DNA of 64,000 bases from Eledone cirrhosa (lineage: Eukaryota), in the NCBI GenBank assembly GCA_964016885.1, contig OZ024743.1, positions 99,882,001 to 99,946,000 on the forward strand, given 5' to 3'. A model generated the notes under the pieces. That model searched no databases and was not told where the DNA came from. It was given only the letters and a program-made list of their open reading frames with translations. Positions 28,195-41,320 of this stretch are shown piece by piece. Position 1 is the stretch's first letter. Every line of letters starts with the position of its first letter. The position numbers were made by a program, and so were the translations under genes.

Positions 28195-31100
28195 CCACTA
28201 ACTGCCCTCTACCACTGACTGTCCTCTACCACTGACTGTCCTCTACCACTGACTGTCCTCTGTCACTGACTGTCCTCTGTCATTGACTGTCCTCTACCAC
28301 TGACTGTCCTCTGTCACTGACTGTCCTCTACCAATAACTGTCCTCTACCACTAACTGTCCTCTGTCACTGACTGTCCTCTACCACTGACTGTCATCTACC
28401 ACTGACTGTCCTCTACCACTGACTGTCCTCTACCACTGACTGTCCTCTACCACTGACTGTCCTCTACCACTGACTGTCCTCTACCACTGACTGTCCTCTA
28501 CCACTGACTGGCCTCTGTCACTGACTGTCCTCTGTCACTGACTCTCCGCTACCACTGACTGTCCTCTGTCACTGACTCTCCGCTACCACTGACTGTCCTC
28601 TACCACTGACTGTCCTCTGTCATTGACTGTCCTCTGTCACTGACTGTCCTCTACCGCTGACTGTCCTCTGTCACTGACTGTCCTCTACCACTGACTGTCC
28701 TCTACCACTGACTGTCCTCTACCACTGACTGTCCTCTACCACTGACTGTCCTCTGTCACTGACTGTCCTCTAACACTGACTGGCCTCTGTCACTGACTGT
28801 CCTCTGTCACTGACTCTCCGCTACCACTGACTGTCCTCTGTCACTGACTCTCCGCTACCACTGACTGTCCTCTGTCACTGACTGTCCTCTACCACTGACT
28901 GTCCTCTGTCACTGACTGTCCTCTACCGCTGACTGTCCTCTGTCACTGACTCTCCTCTACCACTGACTGTCCTCTACCACTGACTGTCCTCTACCACTGA
29001 CAGTCCTCTAACACTGACTGTCCTCTACCACTGACTGCCCTCTACCACTGACTGTCCTCTAACACTGACTTCCTCTACCACTGACTGTCCTCTACCACTG
29101 ACTGTCCTCTGTCACTGACTTCCTCTGTCACTGACTGTCCTCTACCACTGACTGTCCTCTAACACTGACTGTCCTCTACCACTGACTGCCCTCTACCACT
29201 GACTGTCCTCTAACACTGACTTCCTCTACCACTGACTGTCCTCTACCACTGACTGTCCTCTGTCACTGACTTCCTCTGTCACTGACTGTCCTCTACCACT
29301 GACTGTCCTCTACCACTGACTGTCCTCTGTCACTGACTGTCCTCTGTCACTGACTGTCCTCTACCACTGACTGTCCTCTGTCACTGACTGTCCCCTACCA
29401 CTGACTGTCCTCTACCACTGACTTCCTCTAACACTGACTGTCCTCTACCACTGACTGTCCTCTACCACTGACTGTCCTCTACCACTGACTTCCTCTACCA
29501 CTGACTGTCCTCTACCACTGACTGTCCTCTGTCACTGACTGTCCTCTACAACTGATTGTCCTCTACCACTGACTGTCCTCTACAACTGATTGTTCTCTGT
29601 CACTGACTGTCCTCTGGCACTGACTGTCCTCTACCACTGACTTCCTCTACCATTGACTGTCCTCTACCACTGACTGTCCTCTACCACTGATGTCCTCTAC
29701 CACTGACTGTCCTCTGCCACTGACTGTCCTCTACCACAGACTGTCCTCCACAACTGACTGTCCTCCACAACTGACTGTCCTCTGCCACTGACTGTCCTCT
29801 ACCACTGACTGTCTTCTACCACTGACTGTCTGTTACCAATGACTCTCCTCTACCACTGACTGTCCCCTACCACTGACTGTCCTCTACCACTGACTGTCCT
29901 CTACCACTGACTGTCCTCTACCAATGACTGTCCTCTACCACTGGCTGTCCTCTACCACTGACTGTCCTGTCACTGACTGTACTCTACCACTGACTGTCCT
30001 CTACCACTGACTGTCCTCTACCAATGACTGTCCTCTAACACTGACTGTCCTCTACCACTGACTGTCCTCTACCACTGACTGTCCTCTAACAATGACTTCC
30101 TCTGCCACTGACTGTCCTCTACCACTGACTGTCCTCTAACACTGACTTCCTCTACCACTGACTGTCCTCTGTCACTGACTGTCCTCTGTCACTGACTTCC
30201 TCTGTCACTGACTGTCCTCTACCACTGACTGTCCTCTACCACTGACTGTGCTCTACCACTGACTGTCCTCTGTCACTGACTGTCCTCTACCACTGACTGT
30301 CCTCTGTCACTGACTGTCCCCTACCACTGACTGTCCTCTACCACTGACTGTCCTCTAACACTGACTTCCTCTACCACTGACTGTCCTCTACCACTAACTG
30401 TCCTCTGTCATTGACTGTCCTCTGTCACTGACTGTCCTCTACCGCTGACTGTCCTCTGTCACTGACTGTAATCTACCACTGACTCTCCTCTACCACTGAC
30501 TGACCTCTGCCACTGACTGTCCTCTACCACAGACTGTCCTCCACCACTGACTGTCCTCTGCCACTGACTGTCCTCTACCACTGACTGTCCTCTACCACTG
30601 ACTGTCTGCTACCAATGACTCTCCTCTACCACTGACTGTCCCCTACCACTGACTGTCCTCTACCACTGACTGTCCTCTACCACTGACTGTCCTCTACCAA
30701 TGACTGTCCTCTACCACTGGCTGTCCTCTACCACTGACTGTACTCTACCACTGACTGTCCTCTACCACTGACTGTCCTCTACCAATGACTGTCCTCTAAC
30801 ACTGACTGTCCTCTACCACTGACTGTCCTCTACCACTGACTGTCCTCTAACACTGACTGTCCTCTAACAATGACTTCCTCTGCCACTGACTGTCCTCTAC
30901 CACTGACTGTCCTCTAACACTGACTGTCCTCTAACACTGACTGTCCTCTACCACTGACTGTCCTCTAACACTGACTGTCCTCTAACACTGACTTCCTCTA
31001 CCACTGACTGTCCTCTACCACTGACTGTCCTCTACCACTGACTGTCCTCTACCACTGACTGTCCTCTACCAATGACTGTCCTCTACCACTGGCTGTCCTC

Positions 31101-34100
31101 TACCACTGACTGTACTCTACCACTGACTGTCCTCTACCACTGACTGTCCTCTACCAATGACTGTCCTCTAACACTGACTGTCCTCTACCACTGACTGTCC
31201 TCTACCACTGACTGTCCTCTACCACTGACTGTCCTCTAACAATGACTTCCTCTGCCACTGACTGTCCTCTACCACTGACTGTCCTCTAACACTGACTTCC
31301 TCTACCACTGACTTCCTCTACCACTGACTGTCCTCTGTCACTGACTTCCTCTGTCACTGACTGTCCTCTACCACTGACTGTCCTCTACCACTGACTGTCC
31401 TCTACCACTGACTGTCCTCTGTCACTGACTGTCCTCTACCACTGACTGTCCTCTGTCACTGACTGTCCCCTACCACTGACTGTCCTCTACCACTGACTGT
31501 CCTCTAACACTGACTGTCCTCTACCACTGACTGTCCTCTACCACTGACTGTCCTCTACCACTGACTGTCCTCTACCACTGACTGTCCTCTGTCACTGACT
31601 GTCCTCTACAACTGATTGTCCTCTACCACTGACTGTCCTCTACAACTGATTGTTCTCTGTCACTGACTGTCCTCTGCCACTGACTGTCCTCTACCACTGA
31701 CTTCCTCTACCATTGACTGTCCTCTACCACTGACTGTCCTCTACCACTGATGTCCTCTACCACTGACTGTCCTCTGCCACTGACTGTCCTCCACCACTGA
31801 CTGTCCTCTGCCACTGACTGTCCTCTACCACTGACTGTCCTCTGTCACTGACTTCCTCTGTCACTGACTGTCCTCTGTCAGTTACTGTCCTCTGCCACTG
31901 ACTGTCCTCTACCACTGACTGTCCTCTACCACTGACTGTCCTCTGTCACTGACTGTCTGTTACCAATGACTCTCCTCTACCACTGACTGTCCCCTACCAC
32001 TGACTGTCCTCTACCACTGACTGGCCTCTACCACTGACTGTCCTCTACCAATGACTGTCCTCTACCACTGGCTGTCCTCTACCACTGACTGTCCTCTGTC
32101 ACTGACTGTACTCTACCACTGACTGTCCTCTACCACTGACTGTCCTCTACCAATGACTGTCCTCTAACACTGACTGTCCTCTACCACTGACTGTCCTCTA
32201 CCACTGACTGTCCTCTAACAATGACTTCCTCTACCACTGACTGTCCTCTACCACTGACTGTCCTCTAACACTGACTGTCCTCTACCACTGACTGTCCTCT
32301 ACCACTGACTGTCCTCTACCACTGACTGCCCTCTACAACTGACTGTCCTCTACCACTCACTGTCCTCTACCACTGACTGTCCTCTGTCACTGACTGTCCT
32401 CTACCACTGACTGTCCTCTGTCACTGACTGTCCTCTACCACTGACTGTCCTCTACCACTGACTGTCCTCTACCACTGACTGTCCTCTAACACTGACTGTC
32501 CTCTACCACTGACTGTCCTCTACCACTGACTGTCCTCTACCACTGACTGTCCTCTGTCACTGACTGTCCTCTACAACTGATTGTCCTCTGTCACTGACTG
32601 TCCTCTACAACTGATTGTTCTCTGTCACTGACTGTCCTCTGCCACTGACTGTCCTCTACCACTGACTGTCCTCTACCATTGACTTCCTCTACCACTGACT
32701 GTCCTCTACCATTGACTGTCCTCTACCACTGACTGTCCTCTACCACTGACTGTCCTCTGTCACTGACTGTCCTCTACCACTGACTGTCCTCTACCACTGA
32801 CTGTACACTACCACTGACTGTACACTACCACTGACTGTCCTCTACCACTGACTGTCCTCTACCACTGACTGCCCTCTACCACTGACTGCCCTCTACCACT
32901 GACTGTCCTCTACCACTGACTGTCCTCTGTCACTGACTTCCTCTACCACTGACTGTCCTCTGTCACTGACTGTCCTCTGTCACTGACTGTCCTCTACCAC
33001 TGACTGTCCTCTACCACTGACTGTCCTCTACCACTGACTGTCCTCTGTCACTGACTGTCCTCTACCACTGACTGTTCTCTGTCACTGACTGTCCTCTACC
33101 ACTGACTGTCCTCTGTCACTGACTGTCCTCTGCCACTGACTGTCCTCTGTCACTGACTGTCCTCTGTCACTGACTGTCCTCTGTCACTGACTGTCCTCTG
33201 TCATTGACTGTCCTCTACAACTGATTGTCCTCTGTCACTGACTGTCCTCTATCACTGACTGTCCTCTACCACTGACTGCCCTCTACCACTGACTGTCCTC
33301 TACCACTGACTGTCCTCTGTCACTGACTGTCCTTTACCACTGACTGTCCTCTATCACTGACTGTCCTCTACCACTGACTGTCCTCTATCACTGACTGTCC
33401 TCTACCACTGACTGTCCTCTGTCACTGACTGTCCTCTGTCACTGACTGTCCTCTACCACTGACTGTACTCTACCACTGACTGTCCTCTACAACTGATTCT
33501 CCTCTGTCACTGACTGTCCTCTACCACTGACTGTCCTCTACCACTGACTGTCCTCTGTCACTGACTGTCCTCTACAACTGATTGTCCTCTGTCACTGACT
33601 GTCCTCTACCACTGACTGTCCTCTACCACTGACTGTCCTCTGTCACTGACTGTCCTCTACCACTGACTGTCCTCTATCACTGACTGTCCTCTACCACTGA
33701 CTGTCCTCTGTCACTGACTGTCCTCTACCACTGACTGTCCTCTGTCACTGACTGTCCTCTGGCACTGACTGTCCTCTACCACTGACTGTCCTCTACAACT
33801 GACTGTCCTCTGTCACTGACTGTCCTCTACCACTGACTGTCCTCTATCACTGACTGTCCTCTACCACTGACTGTCCTCTGTCACTGACTGTCCTCTACCA
33901 CTGACTGTCCTCTGTCACTGACTGTCCTCTGGCACTGACTGTCCTCTACCACTGACTGTCCTCTACAACTGACTGTCCTCTGTCACTGACTGTCCTCTGT
34001 CACTGACTGTCCTCTACCACTGACTGTCCTCTACCACTGACTGTCCTCTACCACTGACTGTCCTCTACCACTGACTGTCCTCTGTCACTGACTGTCCTCT

Positions 34101-35834
34101 GTCACTGACTGTCCTCTAACACTGACTGTCCTCTACCACTGACTGTCCTCTACCACTGACTGTCCTCTGTCACTGACTGTCCTCTGGCACTGACTGTCCT
34201 CTACCACTGACTGTCCTCTACCACTGACTGTCCTCTACCACTGACTGTCCTGTCACTGACTGTCCTCTGGCACTGACTGTCCTCTACCACTGACTGTCCT
34301 CTACCACTGACTGTCCTCTAACACTGACTGTCCTCTACCACTGACTGTCCTCTGGCACTGACTGTCCTCTACCACTGACTGTCCTCTACCACTGACTGTC
34401 CTCTACCACTGACTGTCCTCTACCACTGACTGTCTTCTAACACTGACTGTCCTCTACCACTGACTGTCCTCTGGCACTGACTGTCCTCTACCACTGACTG
34501 TCCTCTACCACTGACTGTCCTCTACCACTGACTGTCCTCTGTCACTGACTGTCCTCTGTCACTAACTGTCCTCTAACACTGACTGTCCTCTACCACTGAC
34601 TGTCCTCTGTCACTGACTGTCCTCTGTCACTGACTGTCCTCTGTCACTGACTGTCCTCTACCACTGACTGTCCTCTACCACTGACTGTCCTCTGTCACTG
34701 ACTGTCCTCTACCACTGACTGTCCTCTACCAATGACTGTCCTCTACCACTGACTGTCCTCTGTCACTGACTCTCCTCTACCACTGACTGTCCTCTACCAC
34801 TGACTGTCCTCTACCACTGACTGTCCTCTGTCACTGACTCTCCTCTACCACTGACTGTCCTCTGTCACTGACTCTCCTCTACCACTGACTGTCGTCTGTC
34901 ACTGACTCTCCTCTACCACTGACTGTCCTCTGTCACTGACTCTCCTCTACGACTGACTGTCCTCTACCACTGACTGTCCTCTGTCACTGACTGTTCTCTA
35001 CCGCTGACTGTCCTCTGTGACTGACTGTCCTCTACCACTTACTGTCCTCTACCACTGACTGTCCTCTACAACTGACTGTCCTCTAACACTGACTGTCCTC
35101 TGTCACTGACTTCCTCTGTCACTGACTGTCCTCTACCACTGACTGTCCTCTGTCACTGACTGTCCTCTAACACTGACTGTCCTCTGTCACTGACTTCCTC
35201 TGTCACTGACTGTCCTCTGTCAGTGACTGTCCTCTGCCACTGACTGTCCTCTACCACTGACTGTCCTCTACCACTGACTGTCCTCTGTCACTGACTGTCG
35301 TCTACCACTGACTGTCCTCTAACACTGACTGTCCTCTACCACTGACTCTCCTCTGTCACTGACTTCCTCTGTCACTGACTGTCCTCTACCACTGACTGTC
35401 CTCTACCACTGACTGTCCTCTAACACTGACTGTCCTCTACCACTGACTGTCCTCTACCGCTGACTGTCCTCTGTCACTGACTGTCCTCTACCACTGACTG
35501 TCCTCTGTCACTGACTTCCTCTACCACTGACTGTCCTCTACCACTGACTGCCCTCTACCACTGACTGTCCTCTACCACTGACTGTCCTCTACCACTGACT
35601 GTCCTCTACCACTGACTGTCCTCTGTCACTGACTGTCCTCTACCACTGACTGTCCTCTAACACTGACTGTCCTCTACCACTGACTGTCCTCTACCACTGA
35701 CTGTCCTCTACCACTGACTGTCCTCTACCACTGACTGTCCTCTAACACTGACTGTCCTCTACCACTGACTGTCCTCTAACACTGACTGTCCTCTACCACT
35801 GACTGTCCTCTACCACTGACTGTCCTCTACCACT
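28195..35834. repeat. 17-bp minisatellite (ACCACTGACTGTCCTCT)n, ~7.6 kb, ~450 units
   Basis: Directly visible; unit variants TACCAC/TGTCAC/TAACAC/TGCCAC/TGGCAC/TACAAC and 16-bp deletion units. Confidence 0.98.
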
Positions 35835-36888
35835 CCTAGTACTCACTTTCTTTTTGCATATGTGTAGGTTGAAGCAATGTAAAATAAATTGTTGAACTCA
35901 AGGGCACAATATGCTGCCCAGCCAAGGAATCAAACTCATGACCTTATGATTGTGAGTCCAACACTCTAACAGCAAGACCACATACCTTCAATTGCTACAA
36001 TTACAGCTAAAATGTAAAAAAAAAATGTTGCATTTGAAATAGCATGGCTAGAAATGATTAAGACAAGTTTAGTATTTAAGTAATTCATTAGTTGAGCATG
36101 AATAGATCAAGAGCAGAACAACAACTAAAGTCAATAGAACAGAGCTTTGCGCTGCAAATAATCTTATAAACAGGTTTATTTCTATTGCACCTGTTGAATA
36201 TTCTTGGATTCTGAACAAATGCCTTTTAGACAAAATGTAAGTAGTTCAGATCAACATGAACAATTTTTTTTAATGCTCTTGTAATTATGTGTCAGTGGAA
36301 TAAACCTTTTCTGGTTCTTCTTTATCCTTCTCACATCGAGTCTTTTGTTTTTCTCTCCTTTTAATTAACAGCAAAGACATGGAAATAGACACTTCATGAA
36401 AAGCAGATCTAACAACAAAAAGTCTATGTAGTTAATTTCAGTAGTATATACAAATAATGAGCCCTGAGATATCTGCACATATGTATGTATGTATGAGTAT
36501 GTGTATGTATGTGTGTGTATATATGTATGAGTGTGTGTATGTGTGTGTGTATGTATGTATGTATGTATGTGTGTATGTATGTATATTTGTAAATAAATAG
36601 ATATATGTACATGGACAATTATGTAGGTGTGCATATATGTGTCTGTGTCTGCACATGCCTATATCTATACACACACACACACACATATACATATGTATGC
36701 ATACATATACATATGCATTCATACATATATGTATACATACCTATATATATATATATATACATACATACATATATATATACATACATATATATATATATAT
36801 ATGTATATTTATATATATATATACATATATATATACATCCATATATATATATATACACATATATATATATATACATATATATATACAT

Positions 36889-36941
<53 letters not shown>

Positions 36942-36955
36942 TATATATATATATG

Positions 36956-37021
<66 letters not shown>

Positions 37022-37065
37022 CACATATATATGTAAATATATATATGTGTATATATATATATATG

Positions 37066-37128
<63 letters not shown>

Positions 37129-37144
37129 GTGTATATATATATAT

Positions 37145-37620
37145 CTAAGGCGGGTAAAATTCCCGAGATCCATGGACGAGTTCTCTCCAGCGGTCTCTGT
37201 CCCTCATTATCGCTGCCATGTCCTGCGTCTCCAACAGACCAGTGTCTGTCCTTAGGGCATCAACATACGTTAACCTTGGTCTTCCTCTTCTAGTGTGTCC
37301 ATGTAGGGGCTCCCAAAGGAGCACTGAGTGCAATGTCAACTCTGGATGTCGGTGAGCATGTCCAACTAACCTCAGTCTCTTCTGTGTCACTTTTGAGCTG
37401 ACTTTTGGGAGGCTCCCATACAGCTCTGAGTTTTTCATCCTCAGTGTATACTGATTAATGTTCAGAGCCATCCTCAGCATTCTCGTGTAGCACCCATCCA
37501 CCATCTGAGTGAGTTTCTTAGTCAGTGTCCAAGTCTCAGACCCATACAGCAGCACAGACTCCACTACAGCAATGAAGAGGCGGATTTTCAGGTGTCTACG
37601 AAGGTCCGACTTCCACACCG
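37145..37620 (-). mobile_element. Second RTE-clade LINE family, 3' fragment embedded in (TA)n
   Basis: Open frame [51 protein letters not shown]; stop codon followed directly by (AT)n. Confidence 0.85.
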
Positions 37621-37637
37621 ATCTCATATATATATAT

Positions 37638-37687
<50 letters not shown>

Positions 37688-37692
<5 letters not shown>

Positions 37693-37885
37693 AACCAGTA
37701 AGACCCCGACAGCTGAGCTCAAGCCGTTTCGACGGCTAATTCTGGACGTCCAGAATTAGCCGTCGAAACGGCTTGAGCTCAGCTGTCGGGGTCTTACTGG
37801 TTCCTATTACCCACTCTACTACCTCAAGTATTGAGTACTTTGGTGCGTTATGGTCCACCTGGTTCCTTACCACATTTCCTTCGTT
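37688..37885 (+). mobile_element. ~200-bp fold-back element (60-bp perfect palindrome plus tail) carrying the 3' half of a hammerhead
   Basis: Arms 37688-37747 / 37748-37807 with no spacer; GAAA-CGGCT tgagctc AGCTG-TC-GGGGTC; (TA)n on both sides; second copy at 63598-63759. Confidence 0.75.
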
Positions 37886-38062
37886 ATATATATATATATA
37901 TATGTGTGTATATAAATATATATATATATATGTATGTGTATATATATATATATATGTATGTGTATATATATATATGTATGTGTATATATATATATATATG
38001 TGTATATATATATATATATGTATGTGTATATATATATATGTATGTGTATATATATATATATA

Positions 38063-38151
<89 letters not shown>

Positions 38152-38564
38152 ATACATAGATATAAGCATGTGCACACACTGCACACACATGCCACATACA
38201 TATATACAGGTATACACAGCTACATAGTTATACAAAAATAACTAGTAAGAAGCATTGAATGTCAGTGGGCATATTGTCAGGTAAGAACTGGAGATTGGTG
38301 AATCAACAACAATGTATGCAGAAGTTGCTGTCTAAACAGCTGTACAGTCTGCCAAAGAAACATGCCAATTAAACAAATTTGCATCTGTTCACAGCAAGTA
38401 TGTCAGAATGACACAACAACCTGATAAGAGATCTAATGAAATGGATTAAATGAAATCTGTTGAATCTGTGAAAATATTCAATACACATTAATAACATGTA
38501 ATTAATTCCCTTAAAATACAGCAAAACAAAATAATATATGTGTGCATAAATAGAGTTTGTTATC

Positions 38565-38601
<37 letters not shown>

Positions 38602-38850
38602 AATATATTACACAAAGAGAAGTGTGTTACACAGTGAGATGTGTGTAAAGAATTATTACAAGTGAGTTTAACCGTTACTGTATGGAGAACAATATCTACA
38701 GGTTAGCAATTAAATAGAAAAAAAACTAAGTCAGAATCAAATCTCTGAAGTAGAGTTTTAAATCACCAACCTTATATATATATATGTAATAGAAACAAAT
38801 GAGGATGTTTCGTTTACATATAAAAGATATTTATTGTGTATCAACCTGTT

Positions 38851-38940
38851 GCATTACATGTGTTTCACAGAGGATTGGCTCAATGTGACCCATAAAAGTT
38901 ATGGACCTGATTCCACAATCGATCTGCTCTTCAGACTGGC
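38851..38940 (-). ncRNA. Hammerhead-like motif, copy 1 of tandem duplication (weak stem I)
   Basis: Minus strand: CTGAAGA-GCAGA..GATTG..GTCCATAA ctt TTATGGGT..CAATC..TCTGT-GAAA-CACATG-TA; stem I poorly paired. Confidence 0.45.
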
Positions 38941-38964
38941 GATGTGACAAAAAGAATTTTTTTT

Positions 38965-39004
<40 letters not shown>

Positions 39005-39253
39005 AATATATTACACAAAGAGAAGTGTGTTACACAGTGAGATGTGTGTAAAGAATTATTACAAGTGAGTTTAACCGTTACTGTATGGAGAACAATATCT
39101 ACAGGTTAGCAATTAAATAGAAAAAAAACTAAGTCAGAATCAAATCTCTGAAGTAGAGTTTTAAATCACCAACCTTATATATATATATGTAATAGAAACA
39201 AATGAGGATGTTTCGTTTACATATAAAAGATATTTATTGTGTATCAACCTGTT

Positions 39254-39343
39254 GCATTACATGTGTTTCACAGAGGATTGGCTCAATGTGACCCATAAAA
39301 GTTATGGACCTGATTCCACAATCGATCTGCTCTTCAGACTGGC
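39254..39343 (-). ncRNA. Hammerhead-like motif, copy 2 of tandem duplication
   Basis: Identical to 38851-38940, offset 403 bp. Confidence 0.45.
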
Positions 39344-39367
39344 GATGTGACAAAAAGAATTTTTTTT

Positions 39368-39420
<53 letters not shown>

Positions 39421-39424
39421 ATGT

Positions 39425-39725
39425 GTATATAAGGTAATAGAGGTAGTTAGAGTAAGTGACAGAATCATTAAGCTTAGATTAGCTGTAGGAAATAGAATGG
39501 TGACATCACATCTACCTATGCTCCACAAACAATGCTGGATAAAAAACAAAAGGACAGGTTCTATGAGGAACTTTTACAGACAACTTCAGATATTGATAAA
39601 AGAAACCTTATAATGTTGGCAGGTGACTTTAATGGACATGTGGGACAGTACCGGGATGGATTCAGTGGGGTTCAGCTATGGTTATGGCTCAAGAAATGAA
39701 GAGGAACTGAAACTCCTGGAATTCT
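39425..39725 (+). mobile_element. LINE APE-endonuclease fragment (RTE-like)
   Basis: KDRFYEELLQ..IMLAGDFNGHVG..YGYGSRNEE..LLEF motif. Confidence 0.75.
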
Positions 39726-40136
39726 TCTTGTCCTCCTCCTCTTTCAATCTTTTCTATATTTCATCTGACACCCACCTTGTGGATTGTCTCTCTGTTGACC
39801 ACTGGCCACTGGTCCCTGTCCTCTGAGATATATTTGAGCATCGCTGTTTTTGACAGCATTTAGCTGTTTTAACGCATTTAGCTGTTTTGTTCTAGCAATG
39901 AGTTTTCTCATTTTTATATGTAGATATTCCTCCCTCCGCCTATAGAGATTTTCTCACTTGCTGAAAACGCATCAAGGAAACAGTCCTTTTTCCTGAGGTG
40001 TCTCTTGAAAAGCCGATTTACCTCACAATGATGATACGTTTTTACAATGCACAGTTGCACACAGATCAGCGAAACTGCAGTTGGGACTTTGAAGAAAAAA
40101 TAGGTATATTTTTGTCTATTCTTTCCTCCTATTTCG

Positions 40137-40186
<50 letters not shown>

Positions 40187-40969
40187 CATGTCAGTAGAAC
40201 ACTTTCATAGCAGTTACAGATTATTGCAATTGAAATATCAGTGAAAATAGATCAGCTTCCATCTGAAAGCACGCTATTTCTAAATTGTATTACAACAGAA
40301 TGAAGTGGAGAATTGCTATTAGCGCCATCTATGACAGAAATCTACCACAATTGAGATTACCAGCTTTGATTTTCAACCTCACGAACTTGAAAAAATCCTT
40401 TTTCTTTTTTGCCCATCGACAGATTCGACAAAGGAAACTATGTTCCCATTGGTTTTTCCATTGCTGATACTATCTGTCAGTTACAACACTTGAGATGTCA
40501 CTGCTTTTCAGATGACAGAAAGCTGATTTTGAATTCAGAATTCTCAGAGCCAGGAGAGATACTGCAAAGTATCCCATTCAACACTTTAACAATTCCACTG
40601 CTCCCTGGTCTAGTATATTATTTATTACCTCAAAAAGATGAAAGGGAAAGTTGACCCAAGTGGGATTTGAACTCAAAGTGCAGAGAGCCATAATAAATAC
40701 CAACACAGTTAATCTGACATTCTAATGACTCTACCAATTTACCGCCTTCACTGACACACAATTTCAAAATAAAACATAAAGGTGTACAAAATGAGATCTT
40801 AGATACAAGTTGATATTAAAATTGTGTAACTGACAAAAATCTAGCAGAGTAACAAACTTTCTGTGAAATCCAGCAAATCCAATTTAAATGCCAAGTATAG
40901 CTAAGTAGTGGGTAAGAAGGAGAGATAAAATACATAAAACAGAGATCATAAACATTTGAGAACTGACTT

Positions 40970-41320
40970 CACTATCTTCCATTCAGTATTCATGCCAACC
41001 CTTACCTATGGTCATGAGTCTTAGGTAATGACCAAAAGTATACAATTGCAACTACAAGTGGCTGAAATGGGGTTCCCCCAAAGGATCTTTGGAGTAACAT
41101 TACTCGATAGAATGCATAGTTCGGAAATCAGAGAGTCGCTGCAGGGAGAGCAGCTACTTCTCCTAATTGAGAGATCACAGCTTCAATCCTACAGACATGA
41201 GGTTAGAACGTCTCAGGAAAGGATTGCTGGACAGGTTTTGCCCTTAAAACCAGCTGGCAGGAGACCCAGGTGTAAACCCAGAGCAAGATGATTGGATAAT
41301 ATCTATGAGCTCAACTGGAC
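40970..41320 (+). mobile_element. Degenerate RTE-like LINE 3' fragment followed by (GAA)n
   Basis: PTLTYGHES..LQVAEMGF..IERSQL..GRRPR; (GAA)n at 41333-41388. Confidence 0.7.

Larger units (their letters stand above)
38599..39371. repeat. 403-bp-period direct tandem duplication bounded by (TA)n
   Basis: 38599-38968 and 39002-39371 appear identical. Confidence 0.92.

Noticed and set aside
28195-35834. Possible CRISPR-like array or repeat-protein gene
   Set aside because: Contiguous 17-bp units with no unique spacers; TGA in nearly every unit cycles through all frames; eukaryotic context.
36365-38241. YI/HT/CV-repeat ORFs (also 7695-8048, 44184-44698, 58473-59379)
   Set aside because: Translations of dinucleotide and tetranucleotide microsatellites.
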